The notes under the pieces are model-generated. The model was not told the origin of the DNA. It saw only the letters and a list, made by a program, of their open reading frames with translations, and did no database searches. The position numbers and the translations under genes are program-made. A DNA stretch of 63,339 bases, the filler included. It is 3 parts of 3 records of this genome, joined end to end, with 100 filler letters (N's around TTAATTAATTAA, not from the genome) between each part and the next. Parts side by side here need not be neighbours in the genome. Positions count along the whole stretch, not along the records: positions 31,819 to 49,950 come from SRR2962707_670; 2 more parts are not named here. One strand, given 5' to 3'. This document shows, piece after piece, positions 31,917-46,900 of the stretch. How positions within the stretch are numbered: the stretch's first letter is position 1; each line of letters opens with the position of its first letter.

Positions 31917-34900
31917 CGGTCCTGAGCAGTCGGTTGCTCAGACTCTGCGTCGCCGACTGAAGCCGCTACACACTTGGCTTCGCCGGGTTGTTGACGGATT
32001 GGCGGGCTTAGCAGCAAAGTTTGCCGCCGTAATCATATACGGACCGCCGGTGTCCGACCTTGAGAGGCGTCTGGAACCATTCATGTGCAGTGATTTCTTG
32101 TGCGACCCAGAAGGTATGTTTGCAGGCTTCCACGTGCAGACTGCTGAGTTTTTTTGGAGGGCAGTGCCTGCTGTGTGCCTCAATGTTTGACTCTTTGCGC
32201 TGCACGTCTGCAGGCCTTGCGACCGCTGTTCGCTTTCGACATGTGACACATGGGGACGACGTAACGGCGCGCGAAACAGCGGCGGCTGGTTTTGGAAGTG
32301 TAGCTGACATTGGGAAAGTTCTGCATTGGCGCGAGGACGGACCAACGCTTCACCTTGGAGACAATATTGCCGTGCGCATCCCTGAGGGTGCAGTCCCGAC
32401 TGCAGGGTTGCAGGCCCGCTCCACCACACCAAGCCGCGATCACAAGGATGGTACTGCCGATTCCGCCGAAAAGCCCTTGCCAACCACGCCTGTCTCACTG
32501 AGCCGGGCTCGCTCAAACCGACAGTCTTCAGCGTTTGGTGTCTCTGACGAACCCGCTTCCATATCACCCAGTGAAATGCGCACCTCGTCCAAGGGACGCG
32601 CGTCGCGAAGTCGAAACCGATCGCGCAGTCGTGCCACGCGCAGAGGAATGGCAGTCTCGTCTGAGCACGACGACGATTCTGCACCCGCTTCGCCATTCGT
32701 GTCGTCCGGGCGACCTCCCCGTAGTTCAGTCGGTCAAAGTTCGTCACCCGGACTCAAGCCAGTGCAACTCTTCAAACGCGAAGGAGTGGAAGTTGCGAAT
32801 GGGGTTTCCCGCACCGCCGGGCACAATCACGCCCAGAATGCAAAGGAGCCGGCACTGCTCGCGTTTTTGCGGCAATTTTTTCTGTTTGATGCAAGGGGTG
32901 CGTCGCTAAGTGATTCGGTTGCTTCAAGAAGCGAAAGAGATGTCTCCCGATTTAGTTCAGTGGGAACGTCACCTAGGACGCCTACACGTGACGTCTCAAG
33001 CACGGTCGATGAAACCTTGCAAACGCATGATTCCGACGCTAGTTTATTGGACCAGGCTTTGCTTGGAATGGAAAAAAAATCAGCAGAATCAGACTTTACA
33101 CACCAGCAACCCTCACCGTCGGCATCATCAGTTACGGACAACTCTCGGGCCAGAGGACATTCTTCAGGTTCCACTACGCCCTCAATTCCGCTTTCACCAC
33201 AGACCAGGACCCGGACTCAGTCGCCCTGTGCTTCGCCGGGCGATGTTCCTCACAACGAGCAGTGGTCTGCGGTTCGTCGTGCTTTAACTGGAGTTCTTTT
33301 TGCTTTTGACCTATCGTGCAATGGATTGCTGGCAAGAGAGGCAATGGAGCTCGTGGCTCATTTAAAAAAGAGTGACGGTGAGTTGCGAGGCACTTCCGCA
33401 ACTGGAGCCACGAAAGGACAGAGCTCAGGCAGTCGAGCCCCCATCGGAAACAGTACCGCTGCATCTGCAGCAGCTGCCCGCCGCTCTCCATCAGCCTCGC
33501 CTGTTCGACCTGGAACAGCCTCACAGCCGCTTGGCACCAAAGGCCGGCAAACGCCCAGAAGTGCCGAGCCGAGGCCTGCAACACATCGGCTTTTGCGCAC
33601 ATGGATGACTGCCAACTCAGTCACGACTTTCTTGCGGCAATGCGCAATGAGAGCCAGTGGTGCGACTCATACCGCCGGGCACCGCAACACTACGTCGGCG
33701 GCTGGGCGACACTCAAGAAATAGCAGCCGTCTTAACACTGCTGGAAGTGACGCTTCTGTCGCTCAAGCATCGAACCGTGACAGGAGCGGCGGCGTAGTTC
33801 GAAGCCGGTCTGCCAATGCTCGCAGTGGCGGCCCTTCTTCTATCAATGACCTCCCGCAACGCATCGTGGCTAAATGCAAACTCCTCGCGGAGATTTCTGC
33901 TGCAGTTGCGTCGTCCTCGCGTTTCTCGGTTGACATGTCGGACTTTCAATCAAACAGGAGCAATGCAAACATCAATCAGCATTTGCGGAAATGGTTGCGT
34001 TCATCTGCGTTGCCATCAGACCGGTGGCAGGATTTGGAACTACTGCTTAGTGTTATGTGCGAATGGCAATCCTCACGTGACGTCGCTGGGACGGACACAG
34101 TCGTGGACCCGAAATTCGATGACGGTTCCCCTTCAAGCCCAATGCTTGGAGCTCGAGCCCCGCTCGGCGCCGTGCCTCGTGTCCGAAGCAGGGATGGAAC
34201 CAGCCCCAGCACGCCGCTGGGACGTGTCAATGGTGACGATTCGCCCACACCGTTTTCGCTCGAACCACAAATGCGCGACGCGGACGATATTTTCACAGGT
34301 TCAAGCGGCGACTGCAGTTCCGCAACGAAGCAGAAGCGGAGCATTGTTATTGAAACCATGAAGTTTCTTGATTTTCTACTCGACGACAGCGACGTTCGAT
34401 ACATCGCCCGAGTCTTAGCTTTGAAGCAACAACGCGCTCAAATTCGAGTCTCCGGGCTCACATTGTTCAGGTTCCTTTTTTGTGCTGTGTCGTCCGAGTC
34501 GTCCAAAATTGCAATCTTGGAAAATATTTCCAAACAATTGCAGGAAATGGACACTCTGGGGTTTGTCGGTGACGCTCATGGTGACGTCCCTGCGAAAGGC
34601 GAACGTGGAGGACATCGGCGGTCGGGCAGCCGCGGCAGAAGTGCAAGTTCAGACACTATTGACCGCCGTTCGGAGGACCAGCGGCATCACGAACAACTGG
34701 GCAGTGGTTATCAGCAACGCAATCATGGAGAGCGGCCTCCGGCTGGCGCTGCGAAGCCACCAACTGGCCACGTTAAAGCCAGAATCGCAAGCCAAGGCCG
34801 CGCTTCACATTCTTTTAATGTCAGCCGGACACTGAATGACTTGGCTTCGGCTCATTTGCAAGGGTGCAGTTCAAAGGCCCGGGACGCTGTCGCTTGCGCC

Positions 34901-37900
34901 GTTATGAAATTGCGGCAGGCGTTCGTTGTTGAGTTGCCACGACTCAGCAAGCCCAATGTTTGGAGGCGTTCACCGGCCTTGGCGAGACAGCAACACGACT
35001 TGCGGATGGCTATTTTAAAGCAGTTGCTGGGCGGGGTCCATTCAACAGAGGAGCACAACACTTCGGCGCTGACGCGGACACAGGCACCACACAGTGCCTT
35101 TGCAAGTGCAGCGTCTAAATGCGTTTCGCAAAGCTTCCCAAGCTTCTCGGAAACCTCAGCTGGCACGGCACAGCTTGCCGCGCACTGCGTCTCACCGTCA
35201 GGACTTTGGTTTGCAAATGGAAGCTTTCAGTGCCTTAGGGCGTTGTTCGATCTGCTGTTGTTGATACCTGCCAATCACGCCGGTAAAGATGTGTGCAAAC
35301 AGCCTGCATCAGTTTATGACAGGCAACTCGCACTGTGCGATTGGAATGTCGAACAGTTTCACTGCAGTATGTGCTGCGAGCGCCTGGGCAAAAGTTTTGA
35401 CTCTTCCAATGTGGATTCCTGGACAACGCGGCTCACTGAGTCTATCAGGCAACTAGAATCGATTCGCGCTGCACACAAGTTGATTCGATATTTTTTTGTG
35501 GAGATGTATACACCAATGGAAATAACCGCCACCTCCCCTTGGCAAACAGCTGGAATTCACCCAGCCCAAGGATTTGTGCGCCTGCTGCGTGAAGAGCTTG
35601 CCCGCGTTTGTGGTGCATTACACACGCGAGCAGCAAGCCGTCTGAAACTTCGACCTGCAATGCGCTCGGCAACGGTGATCAACGGGAGTTCGTTTGCCAG
35701 AATACCGCTGTCTCGAGGTTTTGCTCAGCTTCTGAGAATGCAAGCGAAGGCTTCACCGCCACCTTGCACAACCGACGCGATTTCAAACGATTATGTTGTT
35801 GCATTTTGGATTCGGTGCTGTGACTCCGACTTGAGGATCGTTTCTGCCAGTGGTGATGGACCGACACCGACGAATGCCACAACTGGGACGTTGAGCAATG
35901 ACGATGCAGCTCACGCTCAACAAGGTGTTTGCCGCGAAGAGTCTGGACGTTTAACGCCAGAGCAGGAAAGCGGTTTCAGTAAGTGCGATGGCGCGACAGC
36001 GAATGCAGCAGCTTCTGAAGCGATACCAAGTGAGAAGCATATTTGTAGTATTGTGTCGCGCACTTTGTGTGCGACCATCAACCTCTGCGCAGACGGTAGA
36101 ATCGCAGCAAGTGCATGCTGGAACCACGGAGTGAACTGCCCGAACGAGTCGATTGATGTCGTGACGACGGCCACACTGAGCCCGCGCCGATGGTACCATT
36201 TGTGTATTCAGTTGCGAAGCAACCCGGTGCAAGCGGCTTCCCAAAGCAGTTTAGAACTGAAAGTTTTGTTGAATGGCGATTTGGCGACCTCTGCAATCGC
36301 CAATGTCCAAACCGCAACCGACACCACCAACGTAGCTCACACCCAGTTGCGCAGCCTCTGGGTGCAATTTGGGGACGCAATGCCGGATGTCAGCTTCGTA
36401 GATTCATCGGCCCAGAAGAAATCAATAAATTGGACACTGTCGAATTGTTCAAGATGCGAATGCTTGAGTGAAGTCAACGCGGTGCAGCTTTGGACTGGCC
36501 ACGCAGCGTGCGCTGACGCAGTCGCTGCATGCAGCATATTGCATGCTGTTGGCCCGACCATTGAAGGATTGTCCTCAGTGGCTGATGAATGCTGTGACTC
36601 GCTGCTTGTACTTGTTCAACATTGCGTGCTTGCGGGCTTTCGTGCCACACCTGACGCAATGGCATGGCGCCGTGCCTTCATTGACGAGCCATTTCTTGCC
36701 ATGCTTCTGGGTGTACTGACTTCGACATCATTGCCACAAGTGGCTCGGCGCGCAGTGAGTCTATTGGGCAAACTGTTGGAGCTCAAGCAACGTGGGAATA
36801 CGGCTAACCCTTTGTCAACAGCTTTCATTCGCCAAGTTCAAGAGGCATGCACCCTCACTGTTGCAAACACGGTCAATAGTTCCGACGCATGCAGCTCCGT
36901 AGCTTCCCAAATTTTCGTCAGCCCTGTGCTCGACAATGAAGTTCTGCCATTGCGTGCTGGCCTGTTGCAACTGCAACGTTCTTGTTTGCGCCTCTCAATG
37001 TTTGACGTTGCCCCCTATGTCCTTGAACGCCTAGCAGACGCAGAGCGCTCAGTTTCAAGTTTGTTTCAGCCTGCTTCAAGTGCTCGAACCGCGCCTTCAG
37101 TGCATTTGCACAGCACTTTTGGGCCTATTGTTGGTGTGTTTGATGCTCTTGCTGGCGGCACACAACTCGCTGCTGTCGCCTGCTTATCAATTTCACCTGA
37201 CTGTTGCGTGCGTGTTCTTCCGGACGCAATACGAACCTGTGCGGGTATCGACCTTGTGTACGGGGAGTCGCCTGGTTCTGATAATGCAGCTGGAATTTCG
37301 GGTCGCGTGCTCGCGGTTGATCGATTGTCCAAAATAGCAGCGGTGCACATCCCAAATCAAGTGCCAGGCCTCCCTGTGTCGCGCAAGCCGTACTTCTTAA
37401 CTCACGTTGTCCCAATGCTCTTGCAGTCTTTGCAAAGCGTGGGCACTCGCGCTGAATGTGTGCCGGCGGGCGCGTTGATGGGGAAAGTTGAAAGGTGGGA
37501 AAATAGTGTCGTGGTCAACGTGCCTTTTCACCATCTCGTCGTGAAGCCAGATATGCCGAATACTTTGCGCAACGATGCGGCCACGTTAGCTGGGGCGCTA
37601 GCCGGAAAAGTGCCGTTCGGTATTCTGTTGAGAATGCTGGATGGAACGCGATCGTGGAGGACTTTGTTGGGGCAACTTTCTTCGGGTTTTGCGAGCGGTA
37701 TGAACGAAACAGAAAAGCATAATTTGCTGCACCCAGCCTCGGCAATGGCGCGCTTGCGAAGCACCGTACTCGGCGCGTTAGCTAATGTAATGGTTGGCAC
37801 TTCGATTGGCGATGGCGCTGCGGCCGCGACGAGCTCACTGGCCTTTCTGTCAGCTTGGCTTGAGAAGGGATCTCTTGCACAACTGCTGTCTCTTGGAGCA

Positions 37901-40900
37901 GTTCCGTTGGAGAAGGTAATAGATCGAGTGAAAGGAGACGTGCAAGCTCTTGGGTTCGGAACTTCAGCAAGCATCCTTTCCAACTTCCGCACGCACATGT
38001 CGCGATTAATTCGTCCATTGACGGGCTACATGACGCGCAGAGTTATGTCCGCATTGGTACATTTCATGCGTCTCGAAATAGGGTTGCAACAGGGTAGATT
38101 AAGCACTGGTGCTCCACAGCCCCTCGAAAAAGGTGCCTCCAACGCGGATCCAGTGTCCATCCCAAGAGATCCAATGGATTTGCTTTCTTCCACTCTAGTT
38201 CGGTTTCGGGTTCTGTCGGGCAAGATGGAAGTGCATGACTTGAGCTTAACGTCGGTGTCGAATTTCCCAACGGCTTGGTGCGATAATCTCGCGCTGTATC
38301 CAGGATCAGGGTGCTGGTTCGTGCTTGATGAATTGTTTGTGGCATATTGTGGTGTACTGTGAGTACTCTGTTGTGACTTGCTTGCTGCATGGCAGGTACT
38401 ACGAAGCAACAGTGTTGTCTCCAGGGCTGATGCAGATAGGTTGGGCTGACAAGTTGTACAACGGACACTCACGTCGTGGCCGTGGTGTCGGTGATCATTC
38501 TCACAGCTGGGCATATGACGGCTTGCGCTGCAAGAAATGGAATACCAGTGCAACTACCTACGGTCACAGATGGAAAGTTGGCGACGTGATAGGCTGTATG
38601 GTTGATCTTGGTAGCAGCAATACTCTCGACGCAGGTGTAGATGCGGGTGTCGAAGGCACTGCCGGTAACACAGCAGGCACGGGCCGTGGCACTTCTGGAA
38701 CTGACAACAATGCGCCAGCTCCAAATTCGGCTTCAAGCAAGCATGGAAGTTGGGTGACCTTCTTTTGCAATGGCAAGGACCTTGGTGTCGCTTTTGTCCA
38801 TTTGCGCATTGCGGGTGTGCTTCACCCAGCCGTATCGTTGAACATGGGTCAATCCGTGCGGTTTAATTTCGGGGAAACTCCTTTCCGCTTTGCGCCCCCC
38901 CGACGCCTTGCCAAGCTGCGCCAGGGCGTGCAGGGCGGGGCAAATGAAGTCGCACGTGAAGTTGCAGGCACTTCTGTTCCGGATCTAGGCTCAACCCAAA
39001 TTCATTCAAACCCCGTGCTCCGAAACAGGTCCCGGGACGTTCCTTCCCTGTATGTTCACTGGAAGCCTGTTCTGTTTGCCTTGCAGCCTGCTTCCCGTGC
39101 ACGATCGCGCAGTAGTGATGACTTGACCGGACACGTCCGAAGCAGTAGTCTTCACGATTCGTCTCGGAACTTGGTTGATCTTCTTAATGACCCCGATGTT
39201 CTTGCAAAGGCCAGCGGAGATGCACACGTCGCCGCCGATGAGCAAGACACTCCACGCCCCTTGGACACCACGGAGACTGCCGCCCAGCAGCGGGCCAGCG
39301 CGACTGGCCTTACGACAAGCATTTCCATGATAAATAGTTTGCTTTGTGGTGCCGAGTTGCAATCAAGTGACGCTGCGTCGGCCGACAGTGGCTCGCCTTC
39401 TGCGGCAAGTGTGCTCAAGCGGCGACATCGACGCGAGCTGTCGTCTTCTTCAGGAGGATCTTCGTCTGCGGCTGCTGCTTCCCCGCGTCAACTGCGGCGT
39501 TCGACAGCTGCAGTTGACGAAGGAAACGTCAATGCTGAGGGAATCTCCGCTGCACGCTTGTTGACCGAGACGAAGACTCAAGCAGACGCAGTGGAACTTG
39601 AAACAAAGGAGTGTGAATCGATTAGACCTGTCGGTTCCACTGTGGACAGAGCTTCCGTTGCCAGTTTGGCCATTACCCTAATTGGTATGGGGTTCCCACC
39701 TCATTTAGCACAGCAAGTGACAATGGCTGAAGGCGTGAACGGCGATGAAGCCCGAGCAATAAATTGGATTATTGAGCAGACGAATTCGAACGGCCCAACA
39801 CTAGGGCATCAACGCCCCTTGCCAATTGATGGACCGACAACAACAGCTTCCGGACAGGCAGTGTGCGATGACACATCGAGGTCAATGGGAAGTTCAGACT
39901 CGTCGTCCACGTCGTCCGAGTCGACGGACATGAGTGATTTCGATGAAAGTGATGGCATTCCTGCGCCCGAAATGATGGCTGAATACTTTGCAGACACACT
40001 GTTTCAATCTGACACGGCGGTGTGCTCTGTTTTTTCAATCTTTGAGCCTGTCATTTCAGGGCACGACAAAGACCCAGACTCGCCGCTGTCGGTTGATCGA
40101 GCAGCGGCAACAGCAGTTGCAGCGGCCACGTTGTCCACAATTATGGGATGGAATATTCCAAAGTTGCATGGAGGGCGGCATGCAGACCAACTGGATGCCA
40201 GCAGTGTTCGGAGCTGCGTCTGTGTGTTGGAACAAAGGAAACTACCCACTCTTTCCCAGAATCCTGCATGGATCACCAGCTGCGATAGAATTGCTTTCGA
40301 CAGTGATGCCTTACAGACGTTGCGGAACCCACTGCAGTGTGTTCGCGTGCGAAGCGTTCCGCGCGCGACTGACATGCCACCTATGAAAGGCGTCCAACCG
40401 GGCCAGACTTTGACTGCCGAGCAAGTCGCAGCGCACATGATTGCACAGAGTGGATTGCGTCGGTCACAACTACCGTCACGGGATACGGAGCAGGATGGAT
40501 TGCGAACAAGTACAAGTTGCAATTGTGGTTTTGTCCGCCCCGGAGCTCAGTACCATGTCTGCGATCAACGCCAAAACTGGGACGGCCGTGGGTACAACGC
40601 CGCCAGCTTCACCGAAGCGTTTCGAACTATTGTGTCTGTGAGCTCTCTGGCAGAGTTGCACATCTTGGCCATTGCGGTTGAAGAGCTGGCTTTGCACGTG
40701 AATGCAAGAAGTATGCTAGTGGACATTCTGGAGTCGCTTCTCGTTGGTGGCGAAGGTCAAGATGCCGAGTCAGCCACGGTGTGGCAAAACGCCCTCAACA
40801 TATTCTTAACGGACCTTACGAAAGGACTAGCACCAGTGCGTGAGCGGCAATGCATCGCCGAAGTGGATGACATTTGCAGCAATTTTTCCCTGTTTGTACA

Positions 40901-43900
40901 GGCGTCCCAGCAGCTTGTTCGCGAAGTGAATTTGCCCATTGACTTGGGGAGTATGGCTGTCAACCTAAGCACGGGCTCAAGGGATTCGCTTCGAGCTGTT
41001 TTTGTTCGGGTTTTGACCCTTGGTCTTCAACCAGATGCACAGGTCAGCGATGTTTCTCCAATGGTAGGCAACGACCAGCAACAACGTCTGCCGCCAGCCC
41101 CGCGAGCATGGTCGGACGCTGTTGCAGAAGCTGAGCAAAATCTGCTGAGGGTCGTCGGGGCAGCCGAAAATATTCAGCGTGGCCCCGGGGGCAATCATCG
41201 GCGGCATGATTGTGTTCGATGGAGGCTAGCTTTTGGCAGAAGTAGCGCTGACAAATTCAATGATTTGCTGCATGAGGCAACTTTCGTGTCTGGTTTGGCT
41301 GCTCGGGAGTCGTTGACCGCAAATGTCTTGGGTCAAGACGGCATTGGCAACCGCCGCATCAGCGACGGCGATCACATTCGCTTCTTTGGGACAGCATCCG
41401 CACTTGCATCCAACGCTGTCGACGCCGCATTGCAGCAGGTATTCGGATTTCATAGTCCATCTCAATCACCGCATGCAACTGGAAAGGAACGTTTGTCGCA
41501 GCCCTTAGTGGAGTGGTCACTTTGGACTTTCCACAACGCGCTGACATTGTTGTTTCAAATTTCGAGTTGCAACTTTGGTGAACTATCATCAACAAAGCTC
41601 TGCGGCCCAACATTGCTTCGAACAGTTGGTCCGGATGCCCCATTTCTCGGGTACCGTGTCGAGCCCGCTGCGCTTCGGCAGATGAAGTTTTTTGGTGCAG
41701 CACCCTCAGCGCGCGCACATTGTGACCGAGCACCTTCAGAACACGGCTTTCACAAAGCAGATGCAATGAATATTCGCTTTTTCCTGGCGGCCGAGCTTTG
41801 TGTTTTGGAGTCGCAACGTTTTCAGAATGTTTTGCTCGTGCTTGTGCAAACGCGAAATCTTTTGCTCAAAACGGCGATGTGTGTGCTCGCTCGGAAGATG
41901 GTCGAGTACTTGAGCCACATTTGTTTGACGCGTGGGCTCGTCCCGCTGCATTTCTCGGCTGGTGAAGGCCACGATGATGGCCGTTCGAAAAGTTCAACTG
42001 CCACCAGGAGCGGTGTTTTTCTAGGCGAGGTTTACGTTAACCTTGTCGGGAACCACAATATTTCAACGCTTTACTACGTGCGTCATCGTAAAGAGCTCTT
42101 GCAAGGATCTTCTAACAGATCGGGACGAACCCTCGCTTCAAGGTATCTTCGCAGCTTAGCGAAGCTCCTTTCAAGCACGGATATTCTTAGAGCACACGTG
42201 CTGAAGTGGAAGGAACGTCAAATAGCCACCGTTCCTTCTGCGGTTTCGGAGAAAACGGCTACTTCCCCTGCTAAGCAACAATCATACCACGATCGGTTGG
42301 ACTTGAGCGCTGATGCAACAGACTCAGGCCCCTCATCGACAGTGACATCCACTGCCGAGTCTTCCCCAGCAACAAGCCCGCGGCCTACTCAAGCTTCAAA
42401 CGGTCTCCTCAATCAGAAATCGCTCCAACCCTTCTTGCCATGGGCGCCCACTCTTTGCGTTGCCAACGTCACAGCGCGGACGGTGTCAGTCGCGTGGTCT
42501 GTTTTTGAGGATCCAGACCACCGTCACTCCAAAGTTGATCGCGAACTAGACGAGTCCCAACGCAATGGCGGGCAGCCCCAGCAGCAAAATGATGCACCGC
42601 GACAGACGTTCAATTCTAAGGGCTCTGTCAGTCCGGATCACATTTTGGGTTGGTTACGGCAACGCTGGCGAGCCGTGAAATATGAGTTGCAGTTCTCGAC
42701 GATATCGGCTTCCGAAAGTCCTGCAGTGAAACATTCGGCTGTGTCCCTCGGCAGCGAATCCTTTGAGACCGTCTTCACGTCCTCTGAAAGTGCGCCAGCG
42801 GCGTTTACCATGTTTGGTTTAGATCCTAGTACACCCTGCAGAGTGCGCGTATGTGCGAGACTTGAGAATCTGCACGATAAAACTGAAGTTGCCTGCTACA
42901 GCGACATTGCATTTATTGACCAGCGAACCGAAATGGCACTTTGTTTTAGCCGCCAATTCTGCGGAAAAAACCTGAGCCTAGATGTGCAGGCCATGACAGT
43001 GTGCAACAAAGTTAACAAAAAATGGAACACTGTGCACGGCAGCATTGCATTTTCCTCGGGCTGCCATCGTTGGGACATCCACATTGATAAATGCGTGTCC
43101 AAAAATATTTTCATTGGTGTGTCCACATCGCGCGGCTTGATCGAGAACTATGTCGGTAGTAACCGATTTAGTTGGGGCTACCTCGCAAATAAGGCCATTT
43201 GGTTAGTATTTTATATGTTATTGCGTTTCCAGGACGTGGGTGGAATTGAAGTGTATCATTACGGAAGTTTGGCGCTCGTGGTTTGCAGGTACAATAAATC
43301 GAAGGTAAAAAACTATGGCAATTATTTTCGAAAAGACGACACGGTGGGCGTGCAGCTGGACATGGACAATGGCACTCTCCATTTTTTTTTGAACGGGACT
43401 CCGCTAGGATGCGCTGTTCGCAACCTGCAAGGATTGAGTCTCTTCCCAGCTGTGGCCCTGTACAACAAAAACGACGCCGTTACGATCGTTCCGACAAGGT
43501 TGGCAAAAGTGATCGTTGCATGGATAGAACTGCTTGTGGCAAGTGTCTCACTGGTTGTTGTCTGTTGTTTACAGATACACTGCCTCATGTGGCCGTTTCT
43601 ACGATGGAGCTGTCGCAGCCAAGCGACTGTCGGCGTGTGCGATGCTGTCGAGATGGTCTCTGGCCTTTTTGCGCCCATACTTCACAGATCGCGGCGAAAG
43701 TAACGACGACGTCAAAAATCCACCGGATGTGTCCCAATCACGGCGATGCAGGGACTTCGTTGTCGATGCCACGCGCCCATCGCACGAGCAGAGCAGTTCA
43801 AACCTTACTCACAAGAGTTTCGTCTCCGAATGGTTCAGCAACCACTGCACTTCATTGGTCAGCGCCGAGCACTGTCCCCTTGCCAACGAATTCAGGCTGC

Positions 43901-46900
43901 TATCACAAAACAACTTGAAACGGGGTTGGTCCCAACAAGGTGAGCTCTTGCACCTGAACCTTCAGCAGTGTGAGCTGTTCGGACTTCCTAGCGGAGCCAA
44001 AATTCCAACCGCAAACGGCATTGTGAGCGTGGTTGGTGTTGCGAATGGGTTTCTTTGGTATCGGTTTGACAGCACTCCGTCCGACCATGAACGTGACATT
44101 AACTGTACTGACCTGAGCCACGGACCGCCTGCAAAGCTTGGCCAACACGCCGCGGGAGCGGGCGACCGGCCCCAAGAAAAAGATCTATCCGCCTTCGTCT
44201 CGAACTTCGATCATCACGTTTACACTGATTTGCTGCCATGGACTCGCAGCGAGTGCACTGAGTATCAAACGTTGCTTTGGGGTGCGCAAAACTTTGAGAA
44301 TGAAGCCACTACCCATGAATCAAAAACACCAAGTCAGCTAAGTCGGTCACACCTGCGCATGTCATTGGCATGTGACGCTGCCGATGCATCTCGGCGCACA
44401 AATGCTCGTGCCAACACAGGTGCAGCCGCTGCAGTGCCTGGCGGTGCAATAGTGGATGCACCAGCTGAGATGCACAGCGCGGACCTTGGCTCGGTCGAAA
44501 TGGAACCGGTAATCGTGAACCCGCCGCGTGCATCCTTGGAACCACTTTCGTCAACGGAGACAAAACTGATAGAAAGTACGGTGGGGTTTCTGTTGCACTG
44601 CAACTGGGCTGAGATCGCGTCCGCAATCCATGACTGTTCCATTGTAGTCGCCGCATTGAACGATTACAGCACGCGGCTTCGAAGTTCCGGCACGCTGCGG
44701 GTGAGGTCAGGCATCGAAGGCCAACGGTGGAACTTATCATATGCTAGCGATGAATCCTTGGACTTTAAACACATGGTCGTTCAAGCCGATGCGCACTGCT
44801 GTGAAAATCGTGACTTTCAACAGTTGGTGTCGGGTAGGGTGGAGGAAATTGCCCAGACGACGACAGTAGGTGGCCCTACCAGTGAAATTAGCAGTGTTAA
44901 GTCACACGCTCAAACCTCTTCACATCGGAGCTCGCAACGCGCATACCTTACTGCACTTGCGCAAGTCGTGGTTGCGTTCAATGAACTTGCTGAATTTTGC
45001 TTTCCCGTTTTGGACTGGCACAATGAAGAAGTCAGCAGAGAAGAGCAGGGTGATACCACACCATCAACTTTTGCCTCGTCGCTGCTGCACAATCCGGTGC
45101 GTGGTCTGATCATGAATCGCAGATTGCTCTTCACATCGACCAAACTGAAGATTTTGGGAAGCCTGCTTGCGTCCGACGCCCGTGTGCGTCACGAACAGGC
45201 TTTGCAGCTTGCGAGCGCTGTTGCTGCATCAACTGCTGCAGCTGCCGTGGCAGTTGGCGCAGAGGACCCGGGGTCGTCCGCAAGCGACTTATCGGTTGAG
45301 GAGCTGAGTTTGACAGTGCCGCCGCCATCCATTTTTTCGTTCACAGTTGCAGCAGCAACTCTTTTGCGTTCGCACTTTTCTCACGAAGCCTGTGGTGCAG
45401 ATTTTCCCCGCAGTGCCCAAAGTGGCACTCCTGGTTTACGTACTTCGCGTTCTGCTCGCTCCCGGCGTCGTGACGCTGCCGCTGTGGCAGCGGAAGCAGC
45501 TTCTGCAGCTTTTCATGGTCGCCACTCCCTGTTCGAAGCTGCGAGAATGCAGATAATGAGCTGTGATGCCCGTACTGTTCGCGGACTTGATTGTGCAGGC
45601 ATCAGTTGCATCGCTTCAGATTGGCCACCAGGGAGCCAATCTGCGACTGACCATCAGAGCGAAGACCAGGTGCAATGGTGGACCTCGGGGATGGCCCATG
45701 GCACAACGCACAGCAAGCGGTGCGACATCCACATCGAAGTGAGCGACCATGAACGAGTCACAGGGTGGTCAACAAGCACCAAAAGTGCCAATGGGCGCCG
45801 CGTATTGAAGCGACGTCTTCGGTTGCAAGGTGCCATTGCTTTGCGGTATTTCTTCTCGGCCATTTGTGACGCGTTGCTTACAGCACCAGAGCCCCTTCTG
45901 GTTCCCATTCAGCGTGCTGCTGAGTTGCCGTTTGCCATTCACGGTCGGGCCCAACACTTTGCGTCAAAAATCGCAAGCAACGGCACAACATCCATCAACA
46001 CCAGCCGGCCGACCAGCGGAAGCTTGGGTAGCGGGCGAGTCAAGGTGCACGCAATGGTTAACTCCTCGCTTCGCTGCCGCCTCACACACTTGCATCCGTC
46101 GCTGGGTTCCTTTCGCTTTCTGGGCAGACTGATAGGCATATCCATTCTTGTCGGCGTACCAATGCCATTGCCGAGATTGGCACCTTTGTTCTGGAAAGGC
46201 TTGTTGGGACGAAGAGGAACCCTTTCTGACTTGGCAGCCGTTGATCCGGCATGCGTTCGCATGATTAGGCTTCTTCGCGATTTGCCGTCAATGGGAATAA
46301 CGGAACAAAACTTTGCGTTGCTGTTCAAATTGGATGGCGGCACTGTTGTGCAAGGCCACAATGTTGGGTCCGGCAACGTGTCCGGTGGAAGCAAAGGTAC
46401 CAGCAATGGAGTTGCCGCGGCTGGACTCCATGCGACCAACGGCAGTGAGAGCACCGGAAAACCTGGCATAGAGCACACACCGGCACAGTCGCCCACGGGG
46501 TTATGGTGCAACAACAGCATTGGTGAGAAGGTATGCTTGAGCAGCGACACTTCGTTCACGTTCCGCACGGCGGGCCTTTATGCTGACCTCGTCGAGAAGA
46601 TGCGCTGCAATGAAGGTAGCGTGCATATTGATGCAATCCGCGAGGGGCTGCTGGACCTTGTACCGGTCCAAGGGCTGCAATTGTTGAGCTGGCACGAATT
46701 ACGTGACCTCGTTACGTGCCCTGTGTCGGAGTTGCCGGAGGGCTCTAGGCCTCCAACAACCGGCCAGCGGCCGGCGCCCGGACCTGCCTCCAATGGCGGT
46801 AGCGCAGTTTCACCCAATCCTGACAGTACCACACACCTTTCACGACCACCACCGCTCTCATCCAAGGCACAACCGGCCCATAAAACAGCTCAGGACCGTT